The translations under genes were made by a program, and so were the position numbers. Of a stretch of 64,000 bases of DNA, positions 38,321 through 49,950 are shown in pieces. A model generated the notes under the pieces. The model ran no database searches. It saw nothing but the letters and a program-made list of their open reading frames with translations, and was not told the DNA's origin. How positions within the stretch are numbered: the stretch's first letter is position 1; each line of letters opens with the position of its first letter. Source of the DNA: Octopus vulgaris (lineage: Eukaryota); NCBI GenBank assembly GCA_951406725.2, contig OX597817.1, positions 102,920,001 to 102,984,000 on the forward strand. Direction: 5' to 3'.

Positions 38321-38959
38321 ATATGACACATTATATGCATGTACAAGGAAAACGTTCAGCAAAGAAAGGTGCCCAATCAAATAGAACAAAGCATATATGT
38401 ACAATGATACAGAAAGAGAGAAAATGTGATTGCGGTGTCTATAACAGCATAAATGTATTCTCCGGAACAGTCACTGGCGAGGCAGAGTTAAGAAATGTAA
38501 ATACTCTGAGACACAGAACGTCTGACATGCAAACGTGATAACAACTGTCCAGGAAACTGGAAATCACAGGATGCAAAAGTCAAAGTGCTTGAGATGCAAT
38601 GTTGGCTGCTGGGACGTGAGCAGTGCCAAGACTTTGCCTGCAAGGGCAGTGAGTCGCTTATAGTGGAAAGAAGGAGTTGTTAGTCTGCAAGAGCGGTGGG
38701 TCACTTGCAGAGGCTGGAGGTGCTAGCATGCAAGAACAATGAGAAAGCAACTAAAATCCTAGAATGTGGTACTTGTATGTATGAACATTGGAACAAGTTA
38801 GCATATAATATACGCAATATTCAAAAATATGTTCATACATAGGTAAGGTCCTGAAAAAGGAAGTGATGTGCAAAGAAAAGTGAAAAAAAACAGACAACAG
38901 AAATGCAATACAATGCACAGGCAAGGAAAAGTTCCAGTCTTTAAAGTGGAGTTCAATAT

Positions 38960-39362
38960 ATAAGTAAATCCACAACTGACCGGCCAAGGACCAGCCAGGT
39001 CGATGCGTATGTGACGGAACCTGGTGTCCGGTGGCTGGAAGTGTCCAAGAGGTGCTCTCACGTGACGATGCACCTTGGAACTCTGATATGGTAGACAGGC
39101 ACGTGACCGACGCATATTTTGCCAGAAAAAGCGGGTTGAAATGAATACTTGAAAAACAGAGGCTGATTTTCAGAAAAGGGGTCGTGGTGACCCGGTAGAA
39201 ACATCGCAAAGAAAAAGGCAGGTGTTCAAACTTGCAACAGGAAAACTGTGGTGAAGAGATGTCCAGAGAGTCCAAGGAGGGTTGGTCAGTAGCCATAGCA
39301 ACCAAATCAATCGAAGCAGCAGTCGACAATGCACCGATAGGCAGGCGAGATAATGCATCGGC
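38960..39362 (-). mobile_element. Gypsy LTR retrotransposon pol fragment (RNase H end to integrase start)
   Basis: ADALSR, ACLPYQSSKVHRHVRAPLGHF..PDTRFRHIRIDLAGPWP.SCGFTYIL (integrase Zn-finger end and core start). Confidence 0.85.
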
Positions 39363-40406
39363 GGACCCTTAAAATGCTATTGTGGATCCCCAATATACTA
39401 TTTTGTTGCATGGACCCCACAAAATCTTATATGGATCCTCAGGGGCCATATAGACCCCGGTTGAGAACCACTAGCTTAAACGATAACTTGAAAGAAGAAT
39501 ATATATTTAGGCACAAACATCGTTGGTAAAAACCTTAGCTCTCGATATTTCCAATCTCATAAGTCACTCAAGTTGCCAATAGCCTTGGTAAATAATTAAT
39601 ATTAATATAACATTATTTGTCTTTATCCTTAAGATATGAGTATCTGTATCTATCAAAAGCAACTTATAATTTTCTCATCTAATTTTTCGAAATGTTCCTA
39701 ATGCGGGAACATTAATACAACAAAGTTCCTAATACAACAAAGTTCCTAATACAACAAAGTTACACAATTTTCCTATGTATAATTTCTTTCTCTTTTTTTT
39801 ACTGTGTGGATGTTTATTCTAGTTCCTCATTACTATTATTCATACAACACATCCAGATTCTCCTAAAAATGATATATTTTGTGGTGTATGATTTAAGTCT
39901 TCCATACTTATACTACAATAGATTCTTGACAAAACATGATTCACATTTCTACGTTCGTATTTTGTTTCCCATGTTATAGATAAAATAATCTAATGTTGCC
40001 ATTCTTCATTTCCATCACAGTCTTTTGATTTTCATCATCTGTCCCCGAATGAGATGTTTTATAGGGTGTCTTTGCTATTTTACTTTAGTGTCTAATTTCA
40101 TTTTGTTCTGGAGAAAGCGAGTTCATGATAGCAGTGCATCCTGTTTACTTCCGTATGCTCTTTCCACTTATAAATATCTGAAGCAGACAGCAGAATCATA
40201 GTTATGTGTTTATAAAATTGTGTGTGTGTGTGTGCGTGCGCGCGCATGTAAGTGTCGAACTTTGTTATTTCTATGTAAAGTTCGATGTTTTTGTTAATTT
40301 TTTTAGCACTTTTTATAAAAGTTTCTTAGAAACAAGAGCTTTATCACAGGAATTTAAAGCAATTGTCAAGCTTAGTTTGATTATACTAGACTTGTATAAT
40401 CAACAA

Positions 40407-41180
40407 CTCACAAGATCCGAGTTTTTCCCTCATAACTTTTAGGAAATTGTTTTTTTTTTTAATGAAATTTTATATAAATACCTTTCAAACAGCATACTTT
40501 ACAGTTATAAAGAAATTCGTGGGTAAAATCTTTTCCGAGGCGGTGGGGAGAGGATTTCGGAAAATTCACAAGATCCGAGGTTTTCGCCCATAACTTTGAG
40601 GAAAATAAATATCTTTTAATGAAATTGTATATAAATACCTTTCAAACGAGGTGCATTACGGATGCCTAATGTGCCGCAAACGCTTTATTTTTGTTCGGAA
40701 AAAGTTGGCGGGAGGAAGAAACCGTAATTATTGGAAAATGTTTTTGTTTTTTTTCTAGGAATGAATATGCCACAAAGGATTTTGTATCATTCTTTCTCTC
40801 TCCTGTCCAGACATCGTTACCACTAATTTTTATAACTTCAGCGTTTTCACTTATTATTCTTTTCAAACTTGTTTGAATTGTCAGTCTAATGTAATCCACA
40901 CTCTAGAAAACGTATTTCTGCAAAATGTTATCTTAAGATATGGGTAAAGAAAAGGGGCTAATGCAGTTTCGCATCTCACCCTCAAAAACGCATTTTTGCT
41001 CCCCACCCTTCCTTTTTTACGAACAAAAATAAGGGATTTACGGCACATTAGGCACCCGTAATGCACCTCGTTTGAAAGGTATTTATATATACAATTTCAT
41101 TAAGACATTTCTTTTCCTCAAAGTTATGGGCGAAAACCTCGGATCTTGTGAATTTTCCGAAGTCCTCTCTCCCCCTCCCC
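40407..41180. repeat. ~150-bp-unit repeat in tandem and inverted arrangement
   Basis: 40545-40715 is inverted relative to 41000-41175; extra direct unit at 40407-40545; another copy at 48180-48355. Confidence 0.8.
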
Positions 41181-41349
41181 CATTGCTTTCCGCGCATTTT
41201 TGTTTTCAGATTCGTTTCCTACACATTTTTCTTACACCCGTGCACTATTATTTTGTTATTTCGTTTCCGGGTAATATTGTAAACATTAACCAAAGTTACA
41301 TCTAGCAGCATTTGAAATAAGATGGTGAAGGAGCGTAACTTAAATAGCG

Positions 41350-41545
41350 ATTTCAAACTTTGGCACAAAGCCAGCAGTTTGGGGACAAAGAGCTAAGTCG
41401 ATTGCATCGGCCTAGTGCTCAACTGGTACTTAATTTATCGTCTCCTAAAGGATAAGAGAGTTGGCCTCGGCGGAATTTGAGCTCAGAGCATAAAGATGGA
41501 CGAAATACCGCTAAGCATTTTGCCCTCTGCCAGCTCGCCGCTTTA
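41350..41545 (-). mobile_element. SINE family B
   Basis: rc head ctgccagctcgccgc. Confidence 0.8.
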
Positions 41546-41722
41546 GTATATAACTTAAATATCACAAAGTATTTTGTCCAGCGATCCAACATAGCATTAT
41601 AAAGATTTCCAACATTGAACGTAGAGCCACTTATTTCTGAAACATGAGATCCGCTTTGCTTTTTAACATGAAGAACCAGTTAAATACTGCGTCGATTTAT
41701 AATCCTGGAATACAGCCCAAAT

Positions 41723-42062
41723 TTATCTTTTATCTTTTACTTGTTTCAGTAATTGGACTGCGGCCATGCTGGAGCACCGCCTTGAAACGTTTTAGTCGAA
41801 TGAATTGACCAGCATTTTTCTATTCAAGTCTGCTACTTATTCTGTCGTTTTCTTTTTGTTTGTTTTGTTTTGTTTTGTGTTTTTTTTTTGTTTTGATCGA
41901 ACCACTAAGTTACGGTGACGTAAGCAAACCAACACCGGTTGTCAAAGACTCACACGTACGCTCCGGGCTGATCAAAGCTTTGTGAGTGCCACGCAGTGAG
42001 AGTGAACATGGAACCATGTGGTTGGGAAGCAAACTTCTTATCACACAGCCACACCTGCGCCT
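41723..42062 (-). mobile_element. SINE family A
   Basis: Tail and head both present. Confidence 0.8.
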
Positions 42063-42738
42063 GTATTATAAACTTTTGTTGAGTGTCCTCTATCTTATTA
42101 TCTTATGGTGCGTGATTTGTTGGAAATTTGGTTGTTATTTCTAGCACTTCGAATAAACGCAGTCTCCTTCATGGTTGTTTTCGGTGTTGTTTTAACCCCC
42201 AGGTCGCCCTTGATCTTAACATACGGTGTAAGAAATTCCATCCGTGGTCATCCTATTCTTTTCATGGGCAGAGAACAATGTACCGAGAACACTTCTATCT
42301 TATCTAGTATGTCCTTTACCAGAGAAAGGGTTAAATGTGTAAAATATGGTTGTTCTTTCTCATCGGCCTATTAACCACAAGCACCTTTCATTCATTGACT
42401 AACACTGAGTAAAGCAACTACTGAATGTGTTTACGTAAGATTTTGTGTGTGTGTGTATGTGTGCGCGCGTGGTTTTATTTGCTTTATAAATAGGTGATTT
42501 TCAATTCATTGATAACAGCCAGCATCTTTGTAAATATCGTTAATCCTTCTGCTTGCTTGCCTAAACAAGCCTACTTTATGCTTAAGTACGCATGTATGTG
42601 AACACTGATGAATAAAGTCTCTTTGAAAGAATGTGTACATCTGTGTGTCTGTGTGTGTTTACATAATACAAAGGTGTAGGAATGTGGGAATGCTTGTAAA
42701 TGCAGTTATCTGTATCTATTTGGCTGTTTGTATTACGT

Positions 42739-42783
<45 letters not shown>

Positions 42784-42869
42784 CGCGCCTGTGTGTGTAT
42801 ACGTATATAAATATGTGTGTGTATGTATATATCTGTACATAAATATGTGTGCGTATGTGTGTATATATA

Positions 42870-43236
42870 TCTATATATATAAACGGCAAAATGTCTGTCT
42901 GTGTGTGTGTGTATCCTTTATACAAATTCACAATTTTTCAGTTAGAGGGTTCGCACTTTCTATGGTCATTCAAAACCGTCAAAGGGTGGTCGTGCACATC
43001 TTTACATTTCCCCAGTCACCCCGCAAAGCCATTAAAAAATCAATAGAAGTGACTTTTTTGTGAATTTTCTATCCAAAACCCAGTCAAAATGCCCGAAACT
43101 TGATACGCCAATTGAATGCCAGCTAGCTGTATGTGACTGGTCGGAGATTTGGACAGTACTCGCGTGTGAGTGCGCACGCAGCTGTTATATGCATGCACTA
43201 GCACTATGACCCGGCGTTGCCGGGTCAAAGTGCTAG
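42870..43236 (+). mobile_element. Non-autonomous Helitron (367 bp)
   Basis: 5' a|TCTATATATATAAA, (TG)n near the 5' end, GC-rich hairpin GACCCGGC-GTT-GCCGGGTC, 3' CTAG|t; A-T insertion site without TSD. Confidence 0.85.
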
Positions 43237-43281
43237 TATATATATTTATATATATGATGTATATATATATATATATATATA

Positions 43282-43681
43282 GCGCAGGAGTGGCTGTGTG
43301 GTAAGTAGCTTGCTAACCAACCACATGGTTCCGGGTTCAGTCCCACTGCGTGGCATCTTGAGCAAGTGTCTTCTGCTATAGCCCCGGGCCGACCAATGCC
43401 TTGTGAGTGGATTTGGTAGACGGAAACTGAAAAAAGCCTGTCGTATATATGTATATATATATGTGTGTATGTGTGTGTTTGTGTGTCTGTGTTTGTCTCC
43501 CTAGCATTGCCTGACAACCGATGCTGGTGTGTTTACGTCCCCGTCACCTAGCGGTTCGGCAAAAGAGACCGATAGAATAAGTACTGGGCTTACAAAGAAT
43601 AAGTTCTGGGGTCGATTTGATCGACTAAAGGCGGTGCTCCAGCATGGCCGTAGTCAAATGACTGAAACAAGTAAAAGAGAA

Positions 43682-43683
<2 letters not shown>
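43282..43683 (+). mobile_element. SINE family A, full length
   Basis: A-box-like TGGCTGTGTGG, B-box-like GGTTCAGTCCC, internal microsatellite, GAAACAAGTAAAAGA tail. Confidence 0.9.
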
Positions 43684-43729
<46 letters not shown>

Positions 43730-43896
43730 ATGTATGTATTTATTGTATATGTACATACATACACACACACACACATATATATATACACATGTATATATGT
43801 ATGTATGTATGTAAACATATATTTATATAAAGTACATATAAATATATATGTATGCATGTATATGTGTTTGTGTGTGCGTATATATATATATATATT

Positions 43897-43930
<34 letters not shown>

Positions 43931-43976
43931 TGTGTATGTACAAATGTGTGTATAGATTTTGGAGATTTCTCCCATG

Positions 43977-44810
43977 GGATCATTTCCTTTTGAACGGCAG
44001 TTTTCAACACAATTTCTAGTTAACTAAACACTTTTAAACTTCGTATGCTGGTAGAATGTGTTTATAAAACATCATTTTTTCTTGGCTTTATTGAGAAAAT
44101 TCTATATGTTGTAACATATTTCAACTTTAATTTTGAGCATTTCGGCAATTTTAACCAATCGCTGACCTCCATTTGGGGTGAAAACATTCCGTGCTGTATG
44201 AATATGTCCTTCGTTTAAGAAACAGATTGGGTTTATTTACATTTGCGAAGAAAAAAAGATACCCTACCTCCAACCCTAACCCTAACTCTAACCCTAACCC
44301 TAACCATAACTCTAAACCTAAAATAGATTGAAATGCAATAGATCAATACTAGGGTTATAATTATTGGTGACAATTTCATTTGACACTGCTAGAAAAAAAT
44401 CCCATTTTCCGTAGCGGTGTCAAATGAAATTGTCACCCATAATTATAACCCTAGTATTGATCTATTGCATTTCGATCTATTTTAGGGCTAGGGTTAGAGT
44501 TATGGTTAGGGTTAGGGGTGGGGGAAGGGTATCTTTTTTTCTTCGCAAATGTAAATAAACCCAATCTGTTTCTTAAACGAGGGACATATTCATACAGCAC
44601 GGAATGTTTTCACCCCAAATGGAGGTCAGTGATTGGTTAAAATTGCCGAAATGCTTGAAATTAAAGTCGAAATATGTTACAACATATAGAATTTTCTCAA
44701 TAAAGAAAAAAATGATGTTTTATAAACACATTCTACCAGTATACGAAGTTTAAAAGTGTTTAGTTAACTAGAAATTGTGTTGAAAACTGCCGTTCAAAAG
44801 GAAAAGATCC
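43977..44810. mobile_element. Palindromic foldback DNA element (Merlin/MULE-like) with 8-bp TSD and internal telomeric repeats
   Basis: GGATC...GATCC termini, ~410-bp arms meeting near 44402, perfect TSD ctcccatg (43969-43976, 44811-44818), (CCCTAA)n at ~44270-44320 and (TTAGGG)n at ~44482-44517. Confidence 0.92.
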
Positions 44811-45825
44811 CTCCCATGTCTTTCTTGACAAAATTTGTCATTATCAGGCTTAACTATACGTTAACCTCCATCAGACTAAATATAAGCTATTTACTCCATT
44901 CCTCTCTGAACCACGTGCAATGTATTGGTCAAAAATAGTTTTGACAAAAATAACTATCAATTTATTTAACAACGATTTTGATATTTACACTGTTTTATAC
45001 TCTAATAGTATTTATTGTATCCTATAAAGTAGCACTTTCGCTTCTCATCTGTGACTTGGTCACTTACACAATTCTACCGCATCTGTATAGGATGTAATGG
45101 AATTTTGTCAACTAACTTAAATATAGTACAATATTTGATATGATTAAGAGCAGAGTATGGAAATGGTTAAATAATTCACTTCAGAATCACTTTGGGTTTG
45201 GGTTGATGGAATCTCTAAGAAACCCATCCATGGATTGCACTTGTAAGTGGGAAGTCCATCTTTACACTGTGTCACACAGATTCAGCTTGAAAATTACATT
45301 AAAAACTCACAATGTCTGTGGAATGTAGGTAATCGGCTGATCGAATTAAATACTTATAGCTTAAATCAATGGAGATCCATTTACTATAATGAAATAAAAC
45401 AAAAATGAATGTAAGGCATGCACGGTGTGTGTGTGTGTGTATGTGTGTGTGTGTGTTTAACATCAGAACCACGATGTAATTTTGTTCCAGTTTCACCACA
45501 TGTTTTGGATCAGGTGACTTGCCAAACAATGACAACAGCAAAATGAGAAGTATTAAAATACCTTAAAATTATTTCCAATGTTGACCCAATACCACAAATA
45601 TTTGTGCGTATCAACACAACTATGACTCCATTCCTTCTGCTGACTTTTGTTTCCTCATAACATTCAGAAAAAAAGGACACTTTGTAATGAAATTTTGTAT
45701 AAATAACTTCTAGATGGTGTAGATATTTTTTTTTCACATAAAATTCCATATAATTGTAATCTTCACCATCTGAAAATTTCATTAAAACTCCCATTTTTCT
45801 TAAAGTTATGAGGAAACAAAGTCAG

Positions 45826-46179
45826 TGGGCACACTTATGTAGGTATGCCTACATTAGTTCTGGTGGAGGTAAAGAATACATACACCACCTGTTTTCAGCG
45901 TAACAAAAACCCTAACCCTAACCCTAATCCTAGCCCTAAACCCTGGGCACACTTATGTAGGTATGCCTACATTAGTTCTGGTGGAGGTAAAGAATACATA
46001 CACCACCTGTTTTCAGCATAACAAAAACCCTAACCCTAACCCTAATCCTAGCCCTAAATCCTGGGCACACTTATGTAGGTATGCCTACATTAGTTCTGGT
46101 GGAGGTAAAGAATACATACACCACCTGTTTTCAGCGTAACAAAAACCCTAACCCTAACCCTAATCCTAGCCCTAAACCC
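45826..46179. repeat. 118-bp tandem repeat x3 (flank + TSD + MITE left end)
   Basis: Units start at 45826, 45944 and 46062. Confidence 0.95.
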
Positions 46180-46290
46180 TAACCCTAGTCCTGACCCTAA
46201 CCTTAAAACCTTAAACCCTAACCCTAACCTTTAACCATAAACCTTAACCCTAACCCTAAACACAGGGTGTACATATTTTTAAATTTCGCC
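46098..46290. mobile_element. 193-bp GG-terminated MITE filled with (CCCTAA)n, 8-bp TSD
   Basis: Imperfect TIRs GGTGGAGGTAAAGAATACATACACC / rc GGCGAAATTTAAAAATATGTACACC; TSD ttagttct at 46090-46097 and 46291-46298. Confidence 0.8.
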
Positions 46291-47280
46291 TTAGTTCTTT
46301 TTATGAGCAAGGGATAGATGATCGATTCGCAAAAGATGAAAGGAAAAGCTGAGTCTGGTAGCAATGAACTGAGGTGAAAAGCTGTAACCAAATACTACAA
46401 GTCATTAAAATGGGACGTACAGTCTATTAAGCTAACTGACCTGACCTCATCTTCTCTCCCACTATATGTAGCCTTGTGACAACATTAGAAATCATTATGT
46501 TAAACATTAACCCCCTTATTGCTTAATCTCCATGAAACAGGACAGCTAGGTTATAAAATACAACATATTTCTGTTGAAATTAATTGTAGAATGAAAATAA
46601 AACTTTAAACACCAAAATTTAAAGGGCAGTGGTGAGCAAAACTGTTCGAGGGAAGATAAATTCCTTGTGGTATTTATGTTTCCACTTCAAATACAGATTC
46701 TCTCATGTTACAGAAGAGTCCCATCTGTAAAAATATTGCCAAAGCATAGTGTTCCATAATGCGAGACATATTTGTCACTGACTTTCTTGTTATCATTGAA
46801 GTCAACTTGAAAATAGGTTTTGTATTACTGAATTCCTTGTTTTATTAAGATTTTCAGGAATACAACGCTTTCATTAAGTGAGGGATGTCTATACAGACAG
46901 AATGCTATGCGGTGAATTACATTTCTTTGTGTCATAAGTTCGAATCCCGTCGATGTTGAATTAGTCATTTATCATTCAAGAGTCAATAAAATTAAATACC
47001 AATGAAGTACTGAAATTGACTACATTAATCCTCAAAAACTTATGGTACTGTGCCAGATTTGAAATCATTATTGAGACATGCGCATACGAACACACATCGC
47101 TTTATTTTCATTTCTTTCTATCAGTTTTTTTTTTTTAAAACTTCACCATTATTTTAGTAAATTTGTCCTTGTAATTTCCTCCATCTGACACCTTAGTGGA
47201 CCTTACAGAAATCATTATTATAATAAAATGAAATTAATAGGTTAATGTTTACTCCCAGTCATCAAAACAAAAACGCACAA

Positions 47281-48103
47281 GAGATCTAGTTGGTTTGGCT
47301 GCCAGCATCAATTCTGATTGAATTGATATCATATTCAGTGTAATGCTACACCTTTATAGGCTGATGAATGACACACAAATCATTTTCTCTATAACTCAAT
47401 AAATAAAGAATTATTAGCAATTAAAGTTTGAAAATTTTGTTAATTTTAGCCAGTCGTAAGCCACAGACACATTCATGCCTGTTTTCATAATAACAAGCGG
47501 AACATGAGAACTCTTTTGTCTCCAAGAAGGCACGTATTGACAAATATATTGAAACCACTTGTTTTACCTATCTGTTGACAATTGAGCATGTGAATTTATG
47601 AACTGGTTAACAAAATGCTTGTTTTTTTAAAAATTTAAAATTTGTAATGTGTTGTTCATCGCATTTGCATTACATGCATCAATATGCTTAAAACTACTTG
47701 TTTACTCATTTATTTTTGTCATTGAGGTGGTTGTGAGGTGTACTAAAAATAACAGCTAAATAATGTTTTTTGGATCAATATTTTAAGTTCATGCTATTGC
47801 ATTAAATGCATAGTGAATGCTTCAAACTATGAAATACGTGTTGTTTACAAATATTGACAACACGTGCTATTTTCAGGATGTTGAGGACAAAATATGCAGC
47901 CACACACAGCTTCCAAATCCTGTCTCCTGATTGGGTGAAAATTATCAGATTTTAAACCTCTATAACATTTTTAAAATATTTTTCTGGAAAAAGTGAAATA
48001 ACACAAGCAATTCATCTTGGAAAAGTATATCATTGCGCCAAATTTTAAAATTTTCAATAAACTTTAATTGTTGAAATGCTGGTAGCCAAACCAACTAGAT
48101 CCC
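47281..48103. mobile_element. ~820-bp non-autonomous TIR element
   Basis: gagatctagttggtttggctgccagcat / atgctggtagccaaaccaactagatccc. Confidence 0.8.
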
Positions 48104-48505
48104 AAACAAGTGTAGTTGGTGTAAAAAAAAATGTGCATTAAGTGAATATGAAAACTAAAATATGCACCAACAATCCTGGGGTGTGGAGGACTTTCGGAAA
48201 ATTCACAAGATCTGATTTTTTCCCTCCTAACTTCTAGGTAAATGGATATCTTTTAATGAAATTTTATATAGATACCTTTCAAGAGGCATAGATTACGTTA
48301 ATAAAGACATTTGCAGGGAAAATTTTTTCCTAGTGGGTGGGGAGAGGACTTTCGAAGAGAAAGAAATTCATAAATTATTTTTTTTGCTTGAATGTAATAA
48401 GTTTGAAAAAAAATTTTTTTAGATTCATTTATTTTTCATTTGAGTAATAGAAAAAGGTTTTAAAAAGATCCCATTGGTTTTTATTTGCATAAATAAAACA
48501 AAACT

Positions 48506-48516
48506 TTCTTCTTCTT

Positions 48517-48547
<31 letters not shown>

Positions 48548-48570
48548 TTATTATTATTATTATTATTATT
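48506..48570. repeat. (CTT)n(ATT)n compound microsatellite
   Basis: Direct repeat. Confidence 0.95.
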
Positions 48571-49436
48571 GCAGATGTACCAAGGCTAGTTCCTTCATCT
48601 CCTTCAAAGCCAATCATAACTTCAGCACCTGATTTATGTGCCAAACTGAATGTCTATGAAGTATGAGGAGAAAACCAACCATGATATCGCACCAATCATG
48701 ATATACACACCTATGGGCAAAATTCTTCTTTACATCATGTATTATTCTACATTGGTATCTGACAAAGCTGGTGTCTAAGTTGAAGCAGTCAATCCTGTTA
48801 TACTGTAAACTACATTTCTTTATAAGTTTCCATTACACACAAAAAGAAAAATGAAATACATTTATAATTCTATGGATGAAGATTTAACAGCAACTATAAA
48901 TTATCAACTTTCATATGAAAAAAAATAAGCTTCCCAAATAACCTTTAGATGTATTGTGGTTCTGCTGTTGATATTTGAAATTAGAATAAGTTAAAAATAA
49001 CTTATAAAGATGTCATTTTAACTAGTTTTACTTTTGTTTCTTTAAATTTGGACACAAAAAAAATAACAAAAAAGTCATTTAAAACAATGATTTTTTTATA
49101 CTATTGACTTAAATTTCTAACCTGAAAATTCAGCATTTTATATAATATATACAATGGTTCATTTTAGATTTATATTTAATGAAATAATAACCTGTGATTT
49201 TTTCATATAGTTCTTTTGTGTATTTAGATTAATGCTTCTCACCAACAGTTGAAAGAACCAAGACAGCCTCTATGTAGTAGTTGGACTTGCTAGTAATAGC
49301 AACCAAATCTCCCTTAAATTACATCCTGTCATCTTAAAGGCTACATTGAAATACATTCCTATTAGTGACAGGACAATAATGATCAGAGTGCTGCTCAATC
49401 TGGACTGGATTAGGGACAGCAGCTGTTGACTGAATT

Positions 49437-49950
49437 ATAGGTGTGTAATGTTATATGTAATGTTTGTGTACACTTGGATAAAGTAAGACATACATAGCAG
49501 AAAACGTCTGGAAAGAAAGAAATTCTCCTTGTAGACAATATGTGTGAAAAACAACCATTGGGCACCATATGTCTGACCAGGCGTGAGTGTACACAAACTT
49601 GTTAAATATGATTGTACACATCTATATTTCATTTATTGCTACTTAGTCCACCTCTGAGTAATTAATTCCAGCTTGATATAACTCTTCTTACATCAGCACT
49701 TGTAAATGTGTTATTCTAATGTAAGAACAAGTTCTTAGTGGCTAAGAACAATGACTCTGTATCTGCAGCTGGTGAGATGTAATGATGCAGAACCACATGC
49801 ATCCTACATTTCAATGACATCATTCATAGCCAAATGGTGTATTGAAAACGAGAATCTCTTCTCTTGAGAGAATTTCTGCAGTGTACACCTTTCTATATCT
49901 GAGTGTACATGAACATGTTAAATATGATTGTACACACCTATATTTCATAT
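49437..49950. repeat. MITE-like remnants: ~42-bp inverted pair (49437-49483 / 49584-49625) plus a direct copy at 49900-49949
   Basis: gagtgtaca...gttaaatatgattgtacaca.ctatatttcat occurs twice directly and once inverted. Confidence 0.55.

Larger units (their letters stand above)
37718..39473. mobile_element. hAT-like ends enclosing nested insertions
   Basis: cattggttcccaac at left, gttgagaaccacta at right, ggacccc subrepeats like 18703-18938; TSD not matched, so these may be two separate elements. Confidence 0.5.

Noticed and set aside
45510-45794. 94-aa ORF as a host gene exon
   Set aside because: No recognisable domain or convincing splice signals.
45826-46179. CRISPR-like array
   Set aside because: Units are identical end to end with no unique spacers; eukaryotic context and no cas genes. 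The same holds for the 42-bp repeat at 52750-52888.
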